From: the human T2T-CHM13v2.0 reference genome, Homo sapiens
Strand: one strand, 5' to 3'
Length of the DNA: 64,000 bases
Assembly (NCBI RefSeq): GCF_009914755.1
Contig: NC_060926.1
Shown here: in pieces, positions 51,151 through 64,000 of the stretch
How positions within the stretch are numbered: position 1 is the first letter of the stretch
Layout: every line of letters begins with the position of its first letter
The notes under the pieces: model-generated
What the model was told of the DNA's origin: nothing
Database searches by the model: none
What the model saw: only the letters and a program-made list of their open reading frames with translations
Translations under genes and position numbers: made by a program

Positions 51151-54100
51151 TGCCCTGGAACAAGGGAGCCAGGGGTTACCCCATGAGGTCATAGGTTCCT
51201 GGGCATATCAGTTTTTCTGCTTATATGCAAGTGAAGTGGCTCTAGCAGGCCAAAGTTAGCCCTCCAAAGAAGAGTCACCCATAGGGGTCGCTTGGGAAGA
51301 GAAAGTGCAACAAAACTGGAGGAGTGTGCAAAGAACCTCCTGGGGGATCTGCACAGAGATGGTGGTTTCAGCTATGTGAACATATAAAAAGCCAACTTAC
51401 CAACCGACAGGCTGCAAGGGCCAGATGGGTGATTCAGGCATGGTGCTTTGGGAGTTCCAGGAAGGGAAATGTCAATAAAATTAAGGAAAATCAGAAAGTT
51501 GCTCAGAGGAGGTTATGCTGGAAAGATAGACAGGGCTTTTCAGGCTGGAAAACTAGTCACAAGCATGGTCAAGGCAATTCCAGGGGCACAGATCACTTTA
51601 GGGAGCCTCATACACAAGGCCAAGGAACTTGGCTTTGCTTCTGTGTGGGCATCTTACCATGATATTGCCCTCAAAAATCATACTATATATATGATTCAGT
51701 CACTGTGTACACCACCCAGAAGGCCCCAGGAATAAGTCAGGGTTGAGACAAAAAGATTTGTTTGCTAAAGAAAGGGACTCGCCTTTCCCGCACTAGCTTT
51801 AGATGATCCTGAGATGGCACCCTGTCTGTGGGCTTTTCCGAGAAGAGACATCTGACTTGGTTTAAATTTTAGCGAAATCTGCAGTTGATAATAGGATGTC
51901 AGACAGTAGGAGGAGTGTTGATGGGTGATCTGCAGAGTGCTGGTCATGACATTTGGCTTTCCATCCCCTTTGGCTTTCCACCCATGCTGTCTTGATTTCT
52001 TTAGTGAAACAACTAAGCAATTGGACACACCTTGTCTGAATGCCTACTCCATATCTCTCCCAGACCCAGCTGGGGATAGTATGCATCATCTCCTTTACAT
52101 AATAGATTTTCCAGGATGGTCCCAATTGAAAATATGTTGGTTTCAGAGTATCCACGTATGCAAGAGCTGCTAATTCATGCCTCAGTATTAACAATATGGC
52201 TCTCTCAACTTTTAAATAATAGAAGTAATACATTGGCCTTAAAAGCCAAGAAAATTGGTGCAGCTCCAAATAAAAGTAGTAAATATATTCAGCCACAAAG
52301 TCACAGTGGCTTTGTTGCACAACATCAAAAGGCACAGGTTCTTCCCTCAAGGAGCCTGTGGTTTAGTGGGTGAAGCTTCCTTGTCTTGCCTTATGATTTG
52401 GTGTTTTGCACGCCAATGTAGGCAGCTATCATAGAGGTAGGAACAGGTGAGCGATCCCCATCTTTCCTTTGGTCCTGTGGGTAAAGGGGAAAGGAAGGGA
52501 AGAGGGCAAATAAAGTGTGTGATGATGGGGGGACTGATTGGAAAAATAGGAGGTTTGCTGGTTTCCCCCTGTTGGTGATTGGACCTAGCAGGCATGGCCC
52601 TCCTGGAAGGAATGAGGCTTAGAGAGTGAAAGCAGGTGTGCAGGAGGCTGCTGAATCACTTGGGAGAAGTGAAGTCCCCACTGTGACTCTTATCTCCAAA
52701 CCCCACTTGCTCAGCGTGGACAAGGGTTCAGGATGAGATTCTGCATCTGTCCTCAACTGGGCATTACGGAATGTGTAACTACCAAAGGGGTAGAGGAAGG
52801 TGGAGGTGGAGAAGTTCTACAGAAAGAAGAACGTGAAGGCAGAAGCAGAGGGACAGCAGGAAGAGAAGAGAGGGTTCAGGAGGCAAGAGGAAAGGGGCAG
52901 GAGGCCTGGAAGACAAGGCCAGCACCAGAGGGCCTTGGTTCCCTGCCTCCCGGGGCAAAGACATCCGGGGTGGACCAGGAACCTTTGCTCCCTTTTGTCC
53001 TTACCAGCCCTGGAGAAGCACATCAACCCCCCAGGCTGTCCAGGCCCAGAGTGGGCTTTGGGAAGAAGGCTTGGAAGGAGATTTATTGGAAGGCCTGGGG
53101 GCTTTCCCTAGGCTGCAGAAATCATTTGAGGGCTGGGGAAAGATAGGTCTCAGGCCCCTTCCTGCCTCCAGGAGCCTGGCCTGCCTGGCTGCTGGCCACA
53201 AGAGCAGGGCCCATTTCCCCTCCCCACTGCACACCCCACAAGCCAGTCATCTGCCTTTTTTTCCCTCCCCCTTCTGCTTCCCCACCCCTTCAAGTTCTCA
53301 GAACTGGCTCCCATTAGATTCCAGGAAATGGCTGGTGCAACTTTGTAACCAAATCCGCTCAAATCCCTTTGTATATCTTTTCTGCTCCCTCGCCCCCTCC
53401 TTGGTGTCCTTCATGGCTGTGTCCGGTTACAGAGTAGGGACCGGCCAGGGCAGGCTGGCCCTGGCACATGCAGTCAGATCTGAGTCAGGCAACAGCACCC
53501 AGGGCCAAATTGTGGCAAAGCAAAGTGAGCCCTTCAAGTCTGGGGGACCCTGGACCTTTTCCCGCTCCACCAAGAATTTATCTGTGCAACGCTGGGCATG
53601 TTATTTTTCCTCTGGGGATCTCAGCTTTTCTCACCTGCAATGTTAGGAGAACCTGCCTTTGGCCAGCTCCAAGATTTATTGGTGACGGTCAAGTGGGAGA
53701 AAGCACATGTGTCTGGCAGGACACCTGGAGGACAGAGGGGGGTTCTGACTGAGCAACTTCTGTGTGGAGACCCAAGACCCCGAGAATTCTAGCCCAGGCA
53801 GGGGTCTGCCCATCTCTCACTTGTGGGACCCTGAGGCTGTCATTTGACAGCAGAAATAGTGATGCGGTGTAGGCCTTCTGCTTGCAGGGACACTTCTTTC
53901 TCAGAAAAATTTGTGGAGTTTTACAAAGCCTTGGTGTGGGTGCCAGAGATCTTGCTAGCAATTCAGAGGGCAGGCACTGAGCCTCTAGCCAGGGCTCCCC
54001 ACTATGATTTAGGCCAAGGCTGGGATCAGGCAACAGGTGGCTTCCGGTGCAGCCTGGGTGACTGATTCTGGCCAGGGCAGCATCTAGAAACCTGTCGGGG

Positions 54101-54473
54101 AGATGGTTGTGGACAAGATTCTATTCTGGGAGGACACCAGAGTGTCCCAGGCGAAAGGTGGCCAGCTGAGGTATTAAAAAAATGGATCAAACATCTACAG
54201 AAATAAAATTCTGCTTAAATCTTAAGTCTGGGGAAGAGGCAAAGAGAAGAAAGCAGACAGGAGGAAAATGAGGGAAAGTTGACAACTAAAAAAGTCTTCA
54301 GACATGTATTTAGGGGTTTAGATGTAAGTGGATGTTCAAAATGAAGTCATCTGTGTAATCCAGTGTCCAGATGAATGGGAAGAACAGAGCTGGCACCAGC
54401 TAGGTTCCCAGGTAAAGCCTGGTGTTCTTTTCCCTTCCATGGATTCAGGGAACTTCACTGAGAAAACGGGCTA

Positions 54474-54800
<327 letters not shown>

Positions 54801-55028
54801 AGATATCACTTAGTCCACCCTAAAATGAGGAAAGTGGAGCCCAGGAGGTCCCATACCTCAGTGCCTATACCCCCCTAGACTGTGGGGAGAGAGGTGGCCA
54901 TCACTCCTCATTAGGGGATTTCTTGGAATTAGGTTCTCTGGAGTAATGAAGGAGATGGATTTGAGGAATAGCCTAAGGATGAGGCTGGGGAGGGGCTGGA
55001 CAGGTAGGTTTCATCAAGGGCCTACGGC

Positions 55029-55210
55029 AGCAGTTCTCAAAGTGTGGTGCTCGAACCAGTGGCATCAACATCACCAGGAAATTTGTTAGACATACAAATT
55101 CTTAGTCCCTTCCTGACCTGCTAAAGCAGGACCTGGGGTGGGGGCCCGCCACCTGTGTTTTAGAATCACCCCCAGGTGATTCTGATGCTCTCTAGAGTTG
55201 GAGAACTGCC
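55029..55210. mobile_element. MER5A DNA transposon
   Basis: TIRs cagcagttctcaaa ... tggagaactgc; typical internal sequence. Confidence 0.85.
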
Positions 55211-57213
55211 AGCCTCGGGTACTCAGGTGGGGCATGTCAGGAGGCTCAGTGCCGTCTTGACTGGAGACCATTTGAAACCCACAAAGGAGGCTCCTGAGTG
55301 AACTCTTTCTGTTCTTCCCTTCCCTCTCCATCAGCTACAGTGTTCTTGGGTCTCCTTCCAGCTGGGCACATCCCATAGCCACCCCTCTTGGGCCACAGCC
55401 TTATCTGCTTGTCCCAGATAAACAGTGAATTGGCCTAATCAGTCTGGCTGGACTGGCTGGCTCCAGGGAGGTCTGCTGGTGGTGCCACTAACAGGAATGG
55501 AGCCACTCACACGGCTGACCCCCTTCCCCACCCCATAGGCCCTGTCGCCACCGCCATCTCTCGTCTAGGAAATGCCAGGCCTCGGTTGCACTTTCCCTCC
55601 TTTGCTAATCAACCCTCAGCAACTTTATTCCCAAGACAGATAAGGGGTGACTATCTAGGGCTTCTGTAAAAATCACCATGGTCAAAGCCTCTGTCAAGAT
55701 CAGGCTGTCTTCTGGGCGGCTGCTGAAGGAAAGAAAGAGGAATTGAGCCTGCCCCCAAACTTAACAATATGCATTTGCACCTCTCAACAATCTTGCAAGA
55801 GAACAGACACTTGGAATTGCTGCAGATGATCTGCCTTCACTAAGGATTCTGACTGGCTTTTGGCTACTGCCTTGCTTGTTATAATGGATGGTTAAGTGAG
55901 TTAATAGGGTGCGTTTTCCCCACATTACAAAGAAGCAGAAACGGGCTCAGAGACGTTTGCTGACTTTCTCCAGGCATTAGAATTACTCAGTGGAGTAAGC
56001 TTCTTGGCTGGGGCTGGGACCCAAAGCCACATTCCTGGTGGTGTGGCAGGAACCAGGGCTCATGCCCATGAAGGCCCATCTGCGAGGGAGGTCGGCTGGT
56101 GGACCAGACGTGCCTCCCGGATGTTTTTCCCAGGCTCAGCCTGTGTGGCATGAAGGATGGGTTAAAGGGATTTTTAATCCTGGGGAAAATGACTGTCATT
56201 CAGGGCTGGCTCAAAAACTGGTAAAGTGTGCTGTGTGTGGAACTAAGCCACAGGGCCAAAAAGCACAGAGGGGTTTTCATGAGCTCTTGGGCAGCAGCTC
56301 TGAGGTGAGGTGGAATTGTGGGCTGGGAGCAAGGGATGGCAGGGGCTGTCAGAGGGGACGTTCAGATTGCGTAGCCACTAACACAGTGCTTGTTCTGGGC
56401 CACCCCTGCTCTGCTACCAGCTGTGGTTCCTTTTCCTTGCTGGGTCTCAGTTTTCTCCTTCATCTGCCTCCCTTCTCCAGAACTGGGAGGCAGGCAGACC
56501 TGAGTGTGTGAAGAGTATCTGGCAACTGCCAAGTTCATGGAGAAGCCAGAGGACTATTATTAGGGAAGAGTAGTTTAGGAGATGGTTGTACGTCTGGAGG
56601 GGCCAGAGGCAAAGGCTGGAGCCCTCTGTGTGTGGCAAATATGTTTTTCTTCTTATGGATCAGATGAACCTTTCTGGGCAGAGCCTCAGTAGAGAGCAGA
56701 GGGGCCTTCTGTGGCTGAGGCCAGCAGTTGCTGAAGCCCTATCCCTCAGCTGCTTGACACCTCTCTCAGTACCTCCCAAGGCACCTTGGAGGATCCCTGG
56801 TGGCCCAGTGGGACAGTTTAGAAGTCCCTGGAGAAGGCTAATTAATCTGCCAGTTCTTAGGTCATCTGGAGTCCAGGAGCTGTGTCTCATTGTGAGCTCT
56901 CTGGAGGCTCCAACCGCTCTCTCAGGAGCCTGGCCAGAAACAAGTTGTCCAGGGCCTGCTTGTTTGCGGAGCCTGGGCTATTGCTCCACAGCACTGGGCT
57001 TGGCCCCTGTGACAAGAGAAACCCAGGCAGGAGCTCTTACCCCATGCAAGTGCCACTGGGGGATTAATTTCTCTTTGGGACTTGGGGGTTGTGGCCAATG
57101 CAGAGAAGCAGCAGCTGGGCTGACAGGAGTAGCTACATTTCTGGATCAGCCTTCCCCCTCCTCTGATTTCCCCTATTCAGGTCTCAGGAACCCAGACGTT
57201 GAAGTAATATTCT

Positions 57214-59267
57214 TGTGAGCAGTGGCGAAATCATACCAGTTTGGAGCAACTCGATTCTTGCCTTTCCAGAGGAAATAACTCGACTGAGGGGCATAAGGCA
57301 GAGGGAGAGACTGAGGCAAGTTTTAGAGCAGGAGTGAAAGTTTATTAAAAAGTTTTAGAGCAGGAATGAAAAGAAGTAAAGTACACTTGTTAGAGGGCCA
57401 ACAAGCAACTTTAGAGGTCCAAGTGCCCTGTTCTGTCCTTGACTTGGGGTTTTATACCTTGGAAGGTTCCAGAGTTTGCACTTCTTCTCCCCTGATTCTT
57501 CCCTTGGGGTGGGCTGTTAGTGAGAGGTGACAGCCTACTGGCAGCTGTCGCAGCCCTTGGCACCTCCTCGGCCTTGGCGCCCACTCTGGCCGTGCTTGAG
57601 GAGCCCTTCAGCCTGCGGCTGCACTGTGGGAGCCCCTTTCTGGACTGGCCAAGGCCGGAGCCGGCTCCCTCAGCTTGCTGGGAGGTGTGGAGGGAGAGGC
57701 GCAGGCGGGAACCGGGGCTGCGTGTGGTACTTGCGGGCCAGTGCGAGTTCCGGGTGGGCGTGGGCTTGGGGGGCCCGCACTCGGAGCTGCCGGCTGGCCC
57801 CGCGGGCCCTGGGCAGTGAGGAGCTTAGCACGTGGGCCAGCAGCTGTTGTGCTCAATTTCTCGCCGGGCCTTAGCTACCTCCCTGCCGGGCAGGGATCCG
57901 GACCTACAGCAGGCCATGCCTAAGCCTCCCCGACCCCGCCCACGCCCCCGCCCCCACCGTGGGCTCCTGCGCGCCTGAGCCTCCCCTAGGGCCGCTGCTC
58001 CCTGCTCCAGGGTGCCCAGTCCCATTGACAGCCCAAGGGCTGAGGAGTGCGGGTACATGGTGCAGGACTAGCAGGCAGCTCCACCTGCAGCCCCAGTGTG
58101 GTATCCACTGGGTGAAGCCAGCTGGGTTCCTGAGTATGGTGGGGACTTGGAGAATCTTTATGTCTAGCTAAGGGATTGTGAATACACCAATTGGCACTCT
58201 GTAGCTAGCTGAAGGTTTGTAAATGCACCAATCAGCACTCTCTGTCTAGCTCAAGGTTTGTAAATACACCAATCAGCACTCTGTATCAAGCTAATCTAGT
58301 GGGGAAGTGGAGAACTTCTGTGCCTAGCTCAGGGATTGTAAACGCACCAATCAGCACCCTGTCAAAACGGACCAATCACCTCTCTGTAAAACAGACCAAT
58401 CGGCTCTCTGTAAAATGGACCAATCAGCAGGATGTGGGTGGGGCCAGATAAGAGCATAAAAGCAGGCTGCCAAGCCAGCAGTGGTAACCTGCTCGGGTTC
58501 TCTTCCACACTGTGGAGGGTTTGTTCTTTCTTTCTTTGTAATAACTCATTGTTGCTGGCTGTTTGGGTCCATACTTCCCTTATGAGCTGTAAGAACTCAC
58601 CGTGAAAGTCTGCAGCTTCACTCCTGAAGCCATCAAGACCAATTGGGAGGAACGAACAACTCCAGACGCGCGGCATTAAGAGCTGTAACACTCACTGCGA
58701 AGATCTGTAGTTTCACTCCTGAAGCCAACAAGGCCACTAAACCCACCAGAAGGAAGAAAGTCCAGACACGCTGCCTTTTAAGAATTGTAACACTCACCGT
58801 GAGGGTCCTTGGCTTCATTCTCGAAGTCAGTGAGACTAAGAACCCACCAATTCCGGACATATTAGGATGCACAGTGGCCTGCCAGCACCTAAGAGGGGTC
58901 GTATGTGCAGTGAGTTTACTGAAGTTGTGTACTTGCTCATTTGAGGCATTTTTCCCTTACCAGGCGAGTGTTCCTAGAGGAGGGTCATAGATCAGTTAAA
59001 GTTGGCCATTTTGCCTCTGAGAGCTCATGCGTGGGCCCACTCGCCTAACTCCTGAGATCTTATGAGGAAGCTGCTGCTGATCACCAGCTTCAGGTGTTTT
59101 CTATCTATGGGGAGACTGCCTTTTCTTGGCACCAGCTGTGACCAGTTATTATCTTAGAGAGACAGTGTAGCAACTGCCTGACAATCACCTGATGGTCACT
59201 GGACATTGCTGGTCGGAGGGACCCCTCTCCAGCCCTGCTTGTATCTGCCTGACTACTTGCTCTAACA
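57214..59267 (-). mobile_element. ERV1 solo LTR (LTR9/MER50-like, ~700 bp) split by the LTR12 insertion
   Basis: Halves at 57214-57520 and 58866-59267. Minus strand starts TGTTAGAGCAAGTAGTCAGGCAGA; AATAAA on minus near 57341-57346. Confidence 0.8.
57521..58861 (+). mobile_element. LTR12 (ERV9) solo LTR, LTR12C-like
   Basis: Starts TGAGAGGTGACAGC and ends CCAATTCCGGACA(T)A. 4-bp TSD TTAG (57517-57520 and 58862-58865). Tandem 'accaatcagcactctg' CCAAT repeats at ~58185-58430; GATA + ATAAAA box at ~58447-58461. Confidence 0.96.
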
Positions 59268-62200
59268 TCCCTACACTGGCTGCCCAGGATGTCAGACTTT
59301 CTGGCTCTCCACCTGGGAGCCCAACTCATGTTTTTGTTTTCTTCCATCCGTGAAGCACGTTTGACAAGCACTACAGCCCATCAGCTCCTGCTGGTGACTC
59401 CTGACGGCCATGAGCACCAGGACCCTGAGAAGCCGTGTTTGAAAGGTACCTGGTTTTCTTTGCTTAGCCGTACTTGACTTTTCTTTGAGAAGCACCTGTT
59501 TAACATTCCTGGCGATTAGGCTCCACATCAAGTTCTTCCTTATATTGAAATAAAAGCTGTTGTCTCGTAGCATTCTCCACCATGGAGGGTTCTTGTTTGC
59601 TGTATGTTGGGTCTCTTTCCTGGTAGAATTTAATCTCCACGAGAGCAGGGACTTTGCTTAATTTAGAACAGTGCTTTGCACACAGTGGACGATAAACATT
59701 GGTTTAGTGACGGTATCTAAGTGATCTGCGTGCTGGGAAAGGCAGCCGTTTGTCCCGTGCCTTTCCTCGTGCCATCCCTCTCACCAGGAATGCCCTCCCT
59801 GGCTCCTGCTCTCCCCATTCCATGCCTGCTGCTTCTCTCCAAACTCTGAACCAGTCTATGGAGTCTTACTGGCTACCCACCACCTGCCACCATCAGTCCC
59901 TGGCCCTGCTCCCTGTGGACACCTACTCTTACTTTATCAGATCCTGCTTGCTTGGCTTTCTTCTTTGGGTGATTTAAGGCGAGCAGGTCCAATTCAGGGA
60001 ACAGCTTGAATGCTGAACTGTGACTGGCTGACTGTGTTGTTCTGTGATGAGTGCTGCAGACACAGATAGACAAGCACAGCCCCTACCCTTGTGGGTCCAC
60101 TCAAGGTACTGCCTCAGTGGGATACGGGACCCAGCTTCTACTGGGTCCCAATTTTTAAATTGTCTAAAGTTTCACAAGCTGTTGCCAAACACAGCCGTTT
60201 GTCAAATCATAGTTGAACTGCAATGATAAACTCACTATAGACACAAGAGTTTGGCAAAAATTCACAAAAGCGTTCTGTGAGAATCCATTGGTCATACGGA
60301 ACTTACAATAGAGTGTTGCTTATTTTATTATTAATAAATTGTACATGCCCTTGTATCAGCAACATTTATTTTATATGTACAATCATAGGCTAGAGCCAGG
60401 GTCACCGCCATTTGCTGCACCAGCACGCCTGCCTCCTTAGTGCTCTGTGGCCCCCAAGATGCCCTGTTAACTTTCCTGGTTCTCATGGGTCATGCAGATG
60501 TTCTCAACCCCTTTCCAACTCTTTCCCAGGAGGGCAAAAGGAGAACAAGTGGAACGGGCAGGTAAAATCCATATGAGCCTCACCTCGCAGGGCATTCTGA
60601 GACAACATCTGCTGCAGCTGGGCTGCTAGCTGGCCGGACACTCTTCAGTCACGCTCTGACAGATGGATCCAAATAAATCAGTTCACAGCAGGAAAGGGCT
60701 TGGAGAGTTCCAAGTTTGTTGAAACCAGATCTGGTCTGGAGGGACAGAGAGAAGCCATTTCAGAGAGAGCCAGGAGGGACAGGCCTCAGGCCAGATAGGT
60801 GCTCCTGCTCAGAAAGGAGCCCAAGAGGCAGTTTCCCGGTGGGACCTTCTACACTTTCCCCAGGAGCCCCTCTTAGCCTCCCCTTGACTGGACTTTTGAG
60901 ACATTGATGGGCTACATGTGTGTAAGAGCGTGCAGCTGTCTAATTCTTGTGCACATTCCTAGACCTGTAGTGCCCAGGGTCAACATGGCAGTTAAGGGAG
61001 GTTTGGAGGGCAGCATGAGCCACTGGGTCAAGTGTGCATGAAATTGACAGGCCTGGGTGCAACTCACCTGCTACTGGCTGGAGAAGCTTGAGGCCCACTG
61101 TTGTCCTATCACCAGAGATGAGCTTGGAGAAGACCTTCTGTGTTTAAAGATGTTTCTGTGGATGTCGTGTGTTCCAAGCAGACATTCAGTTGTGCTCTAG
61201 CTTATTTCATAGTGCAAAGGATCATAGTTTTCCATCTCTGGAGTTTTCTTTCTGGGTCTGCCACAGTCCCCTGTTTCTGGATCAGAAAACGTGAGAGTAG
61301 GGTTGTCTATAACGCGCTTTGGTAACATGTCCCACTACCTCCAATCTGTGTTCTCATGCTGCAGTGGCAGTGTACAAAATCCTTTTGTCTAGTTCAAGTA
61401 TCTCTAGCTGTGACTACAACACATTCCCTCTTATAACTAAAGAGCCTCTGAACCCAGGGGAGCTTCCTGCTGCTCATGCAAATTTTCTTTTTCAGATTCA
61501 TGGGAAATACCTAACGCTTCTTTCTCCTGAACGTGGGGACTGCTGTGGATGTTGGCAAGGGAGAGACAGCAGGGGAGGGGTGGATCTGGCCTTGCAGGCA
61601 GGTCATTTAGGCTCATGAGGCATCTAAAATGGGGCAGTTGAGCCTTGGATTCAGAGTCTGGAGTCTCAAGAGATGGCAGAGCAGCCCTGGAGAACCAGGT
61701 TGGGAGTACTAATTCCAGGCCAGTGCCAGCTTGCTGTCTGTGCTCTTATTGATGTATGGAATCCAGGCCACTGCTCCCTCGCCAGGAGCCATGTGAAATA
61801 AACCTGTCTTATTACTCATGCCTAAGCCAGTTTGCTGGGTGCTGATCATTGCCAGAGAGAGGCCAGAAGCCAGCAGGCGAATGGTGTCCCTGACGGAGAC
61901 TTACTTCCCCGGCTGTCATTGGAGTTGGCTCAGAGGACAGGGTCTCATATCACTGTGCCCTCCCACGATCCCCTTGGCAGTTTCTCCTTTGAGAATTGAC
62001 CAGGCCAAGCTCAGCCACGCTGACATCACAGAGCCTGGTGGTGCCTGGGGTACTCATGATGGCAATGTCCAAAAATAAACGCTATTGACCGATAATGGTT
62101 TGAAATGCAATTTGTCAGGGTGGAAGTGGGCAGGTCTGATGACAGCAGGTGTTGCTAATGGCAGTGAGGGGCAAGATAGATGGGCAAAGGCCATCTGAGG

Positions 62201-62687
62201 ACTTTCCTTCCCTTGCCCAGCACCCTCTACCTGGCGGCTCAGTCTTTTTCTCATTTCTTCCCATAAGGAACAATAATACCATTGCCAGATGGGCATGTCT
62301 TCCTATATGGTTTTCAAATTATGTTTCCTTGGAGAGCTGTGCTGAGGATCACCTGAGAGCTTGGGAGAGGGGACTAAGTGGGACTGTAATTGTCATTTTA
62401 TGCGCTAGGAAGGTGAGACACAGAAGTTCAGTGAGGTGCCCAATTTGTAAGAGGCAGAGCTCGTTCTAGAACAGGATGTTCTGATTCTGGACTCAGAGTT
62501 TTTCTCCTCTGTGGCAGGTTTCCTCCTGCCACTCCTCCATGTTATGCCCCATGCTTCACGAAGTGCCCATGGCTTAGGTTAATGCCTGGTAGACCTGATA
62601 AACCAATCCATTGTTTTATTAGGAATAGGTAATGTGGATGGTCAAAAAGGAGAGACTTTTGAGTGGATTGCATGGTGACTTTTAATA

Positions 62688-62865
62688 TAGAGTTAGCAGA
62701 TTTAGCAAATGAAAATATGGATGCCCAGTTCAATTTGAATTTCAGGTAATCAGTGAATACTTTTTTAGTATAAGTATGTCCCAAATATTGCGTAAGACAT
62801 GCTTTAGATTAAAAATATGAAATTCAAATTGAACTGGATGTTCTGTATTTTATCTGGCAATCCTA
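62688..62865. mobile_element. MER53 palindromic MITE
   Basis: TIR-like tagagttagcagat ... atctggcaatccta; internal inverted 'ccagttcaatttgaatttca' / 'tgaaattcaaattgaactgg'. Confidence 0.85.
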
Positions 62866-63104
62866 TTTTAATGACCCCCCAAACTATGCCATGAGAACGT
62901 CATTTTCATCACTGCTAAGACCACTCTATATTAGAATATTAGAATTTGCTAGCCAAGGAAGATGACTGAGAAATTAAGGTTGGGAGCTGACTTTCAGGGT
63001 GACTTTGAAGTTAATGCTGTATAACTAGGGGTTAGGTGGGGACAGGTTGAACTAATAACCCTAGGACCCTTCCAGTTTATGTGATGACGGCATGTCCAGC
63101 CATT

Positions 63105-63265
63105 AGCTTTTTATCATCCCATAGCTCTTGGATGCTGTATTCTGTTTTTGTTTCACTTTGTTGTGTTTTCTACCCTTTTTTGCCTTTGCGCTTCAGTTTG
63201 TTTAATTTCTATTGACCCATCTTCAAGTTCACCAATTTTTTCCTCAGCTGTGTTGAGTCTGTGAA
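63105..63265 (-). mobile_element. Old L1M fragment
   Basis: 'atcccatagctcttggatgctgtattctg...tttctattgacccatcttcaagttcaccaattttttcctcagctgtgttgagtctg'. Confidence 0.6.
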
Positions 63266-64000
63266 GAGTCAGCCACTGGTTTTAGCAGCAAGAACCAGCT
63301 CCATACATGGAATAAAGTTGTAGCTGGAGGAACTGGTCATGAGAAATAACTTCCTATGGTGGAGGATGTGATGTCCTAGAAGAGAAGACTGAGGGAATCT
63401 GTGCTCTAAGTCCGCTACAAGGAGTCTTTTGGGGAGTAGGGAGAGAGGGGGAAGGTGGTTCCCGTTTTTTCTAGCTCAAACATTTACTGTGGTTCGGAAG
63501 TGAAGGGAGGGGTTTTTCTGCAGTTACTCCTAAGGTGCCAAAGCAGGACCCACCAGGAAACTGGGCAAAGCCTTGAACCCAGTAAAAGATAAATGGGAGA
63601 TGAAAAATGTTAGAAGGAGTCAAGGTTAGAAAATTTCTAGCCTAAGAAAAAAGTCTTTGTGCCCAGATATGGGGGTAAGGGCTGGATCTGCTGGCTCAAA
63701 GCCTCTAAGCACAGCTTTGTAGTGATTACGGTACTGGTTTAGGGAGGCTTGCAAAGTGTCAAGAGGTTAGGTAGGTCCTGGAGGTGATTATATATATTTT
63801 AAAGACCGTAAATACCTGCTCCTTTTTGAGTACCCAGCGCTAACACACTGTGGTAGTAACTCCAGTGACTGTAATGTTAAACAGGGCTCAGTCCCTGTTT
63901 TATGTAGTTTTTAGTCAAGAAATATTTGGGATCTTCCCCCAGATTTTTGTATTATGCCCCCGCTTTTTTCCTATTATTCATATTTTAGCTTAAATATTAA

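Noticed and set aside
53071-53646. 191-aa ORF
   Set aside because: Non-ATG start, no recognisable domain, overlapping ORFs in several frames typical of GC-rich noncoding DNA, and no exon structure.
56038-57218. 157-aa and 210-aa ORFs
   Set aside because: No family resemblance, non-ATG starts, L/S/P/G/C-rich random composition, no supporting promoter or poly(A) architecture.
58185-58430. Regularly spaced ~40-bp repeats resembling a CRISPR-like array
   Set aside because: These are the U3 CCAAT enhancer repeats of LTR12. There are no unique spacers and the context is eukaryotic.
57520-58990. Cluster of ORFs and apparent CpG island
   Set aside because: Essentially all within the LTR12 and the LTR it interrupts; CpG richness is intrinsic to LTR12.
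62688-62865. Long hairpin, possible miRNA precursor
   Set aside because: Explained by the palindromic MER53 MITE; no evidence of processing can be seen from sequence.

Overview
Primate, almost certainly human, genomic DNA that is gene-poor and rich in repeats. The one recognisable protein-coding gene is TNP1 (spermatid transition protein 1, 55 aa). It lies on the minus strand as join(32474-32336, 32135-32107) with a 200-nt intron, which by recognition places the window at human 2q35. About 10.7 kb upstream and divergent from TNP1, the sequence shows a second compact two-exon gene on the + strand (~43.2-44.1 kb) with TATA box, GT-AG intron and poly(A) signal. Splicing gives a 97-aa basic, Cys-rich ORF that the ORF track misses. 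Its promoter shares an exact 12-bp motif (GCCATTGTGACA) with the TNP1 promoter. From memory this position matches an annotated testis lncRNA (LINC01921/TESHL region, not verified), so a hidden spermatid microprotein is the top hypothesis. Other notable structure: two local inverted duplications with template-switch signatures (6.9-7.9 kb and 18.9-19.7 kb), a TSD-flanked retrocopied mRNA 3' end at 42.7-42.9 kb, and an LTR12 (ERV9) solo LTR nested inside an older ERV1 LTR at 57.2-59.3 kb. Repeat family and subfamily names come from recalled consensus sequences and are approximate. Almost all listed six-frame ORFs are spurious.
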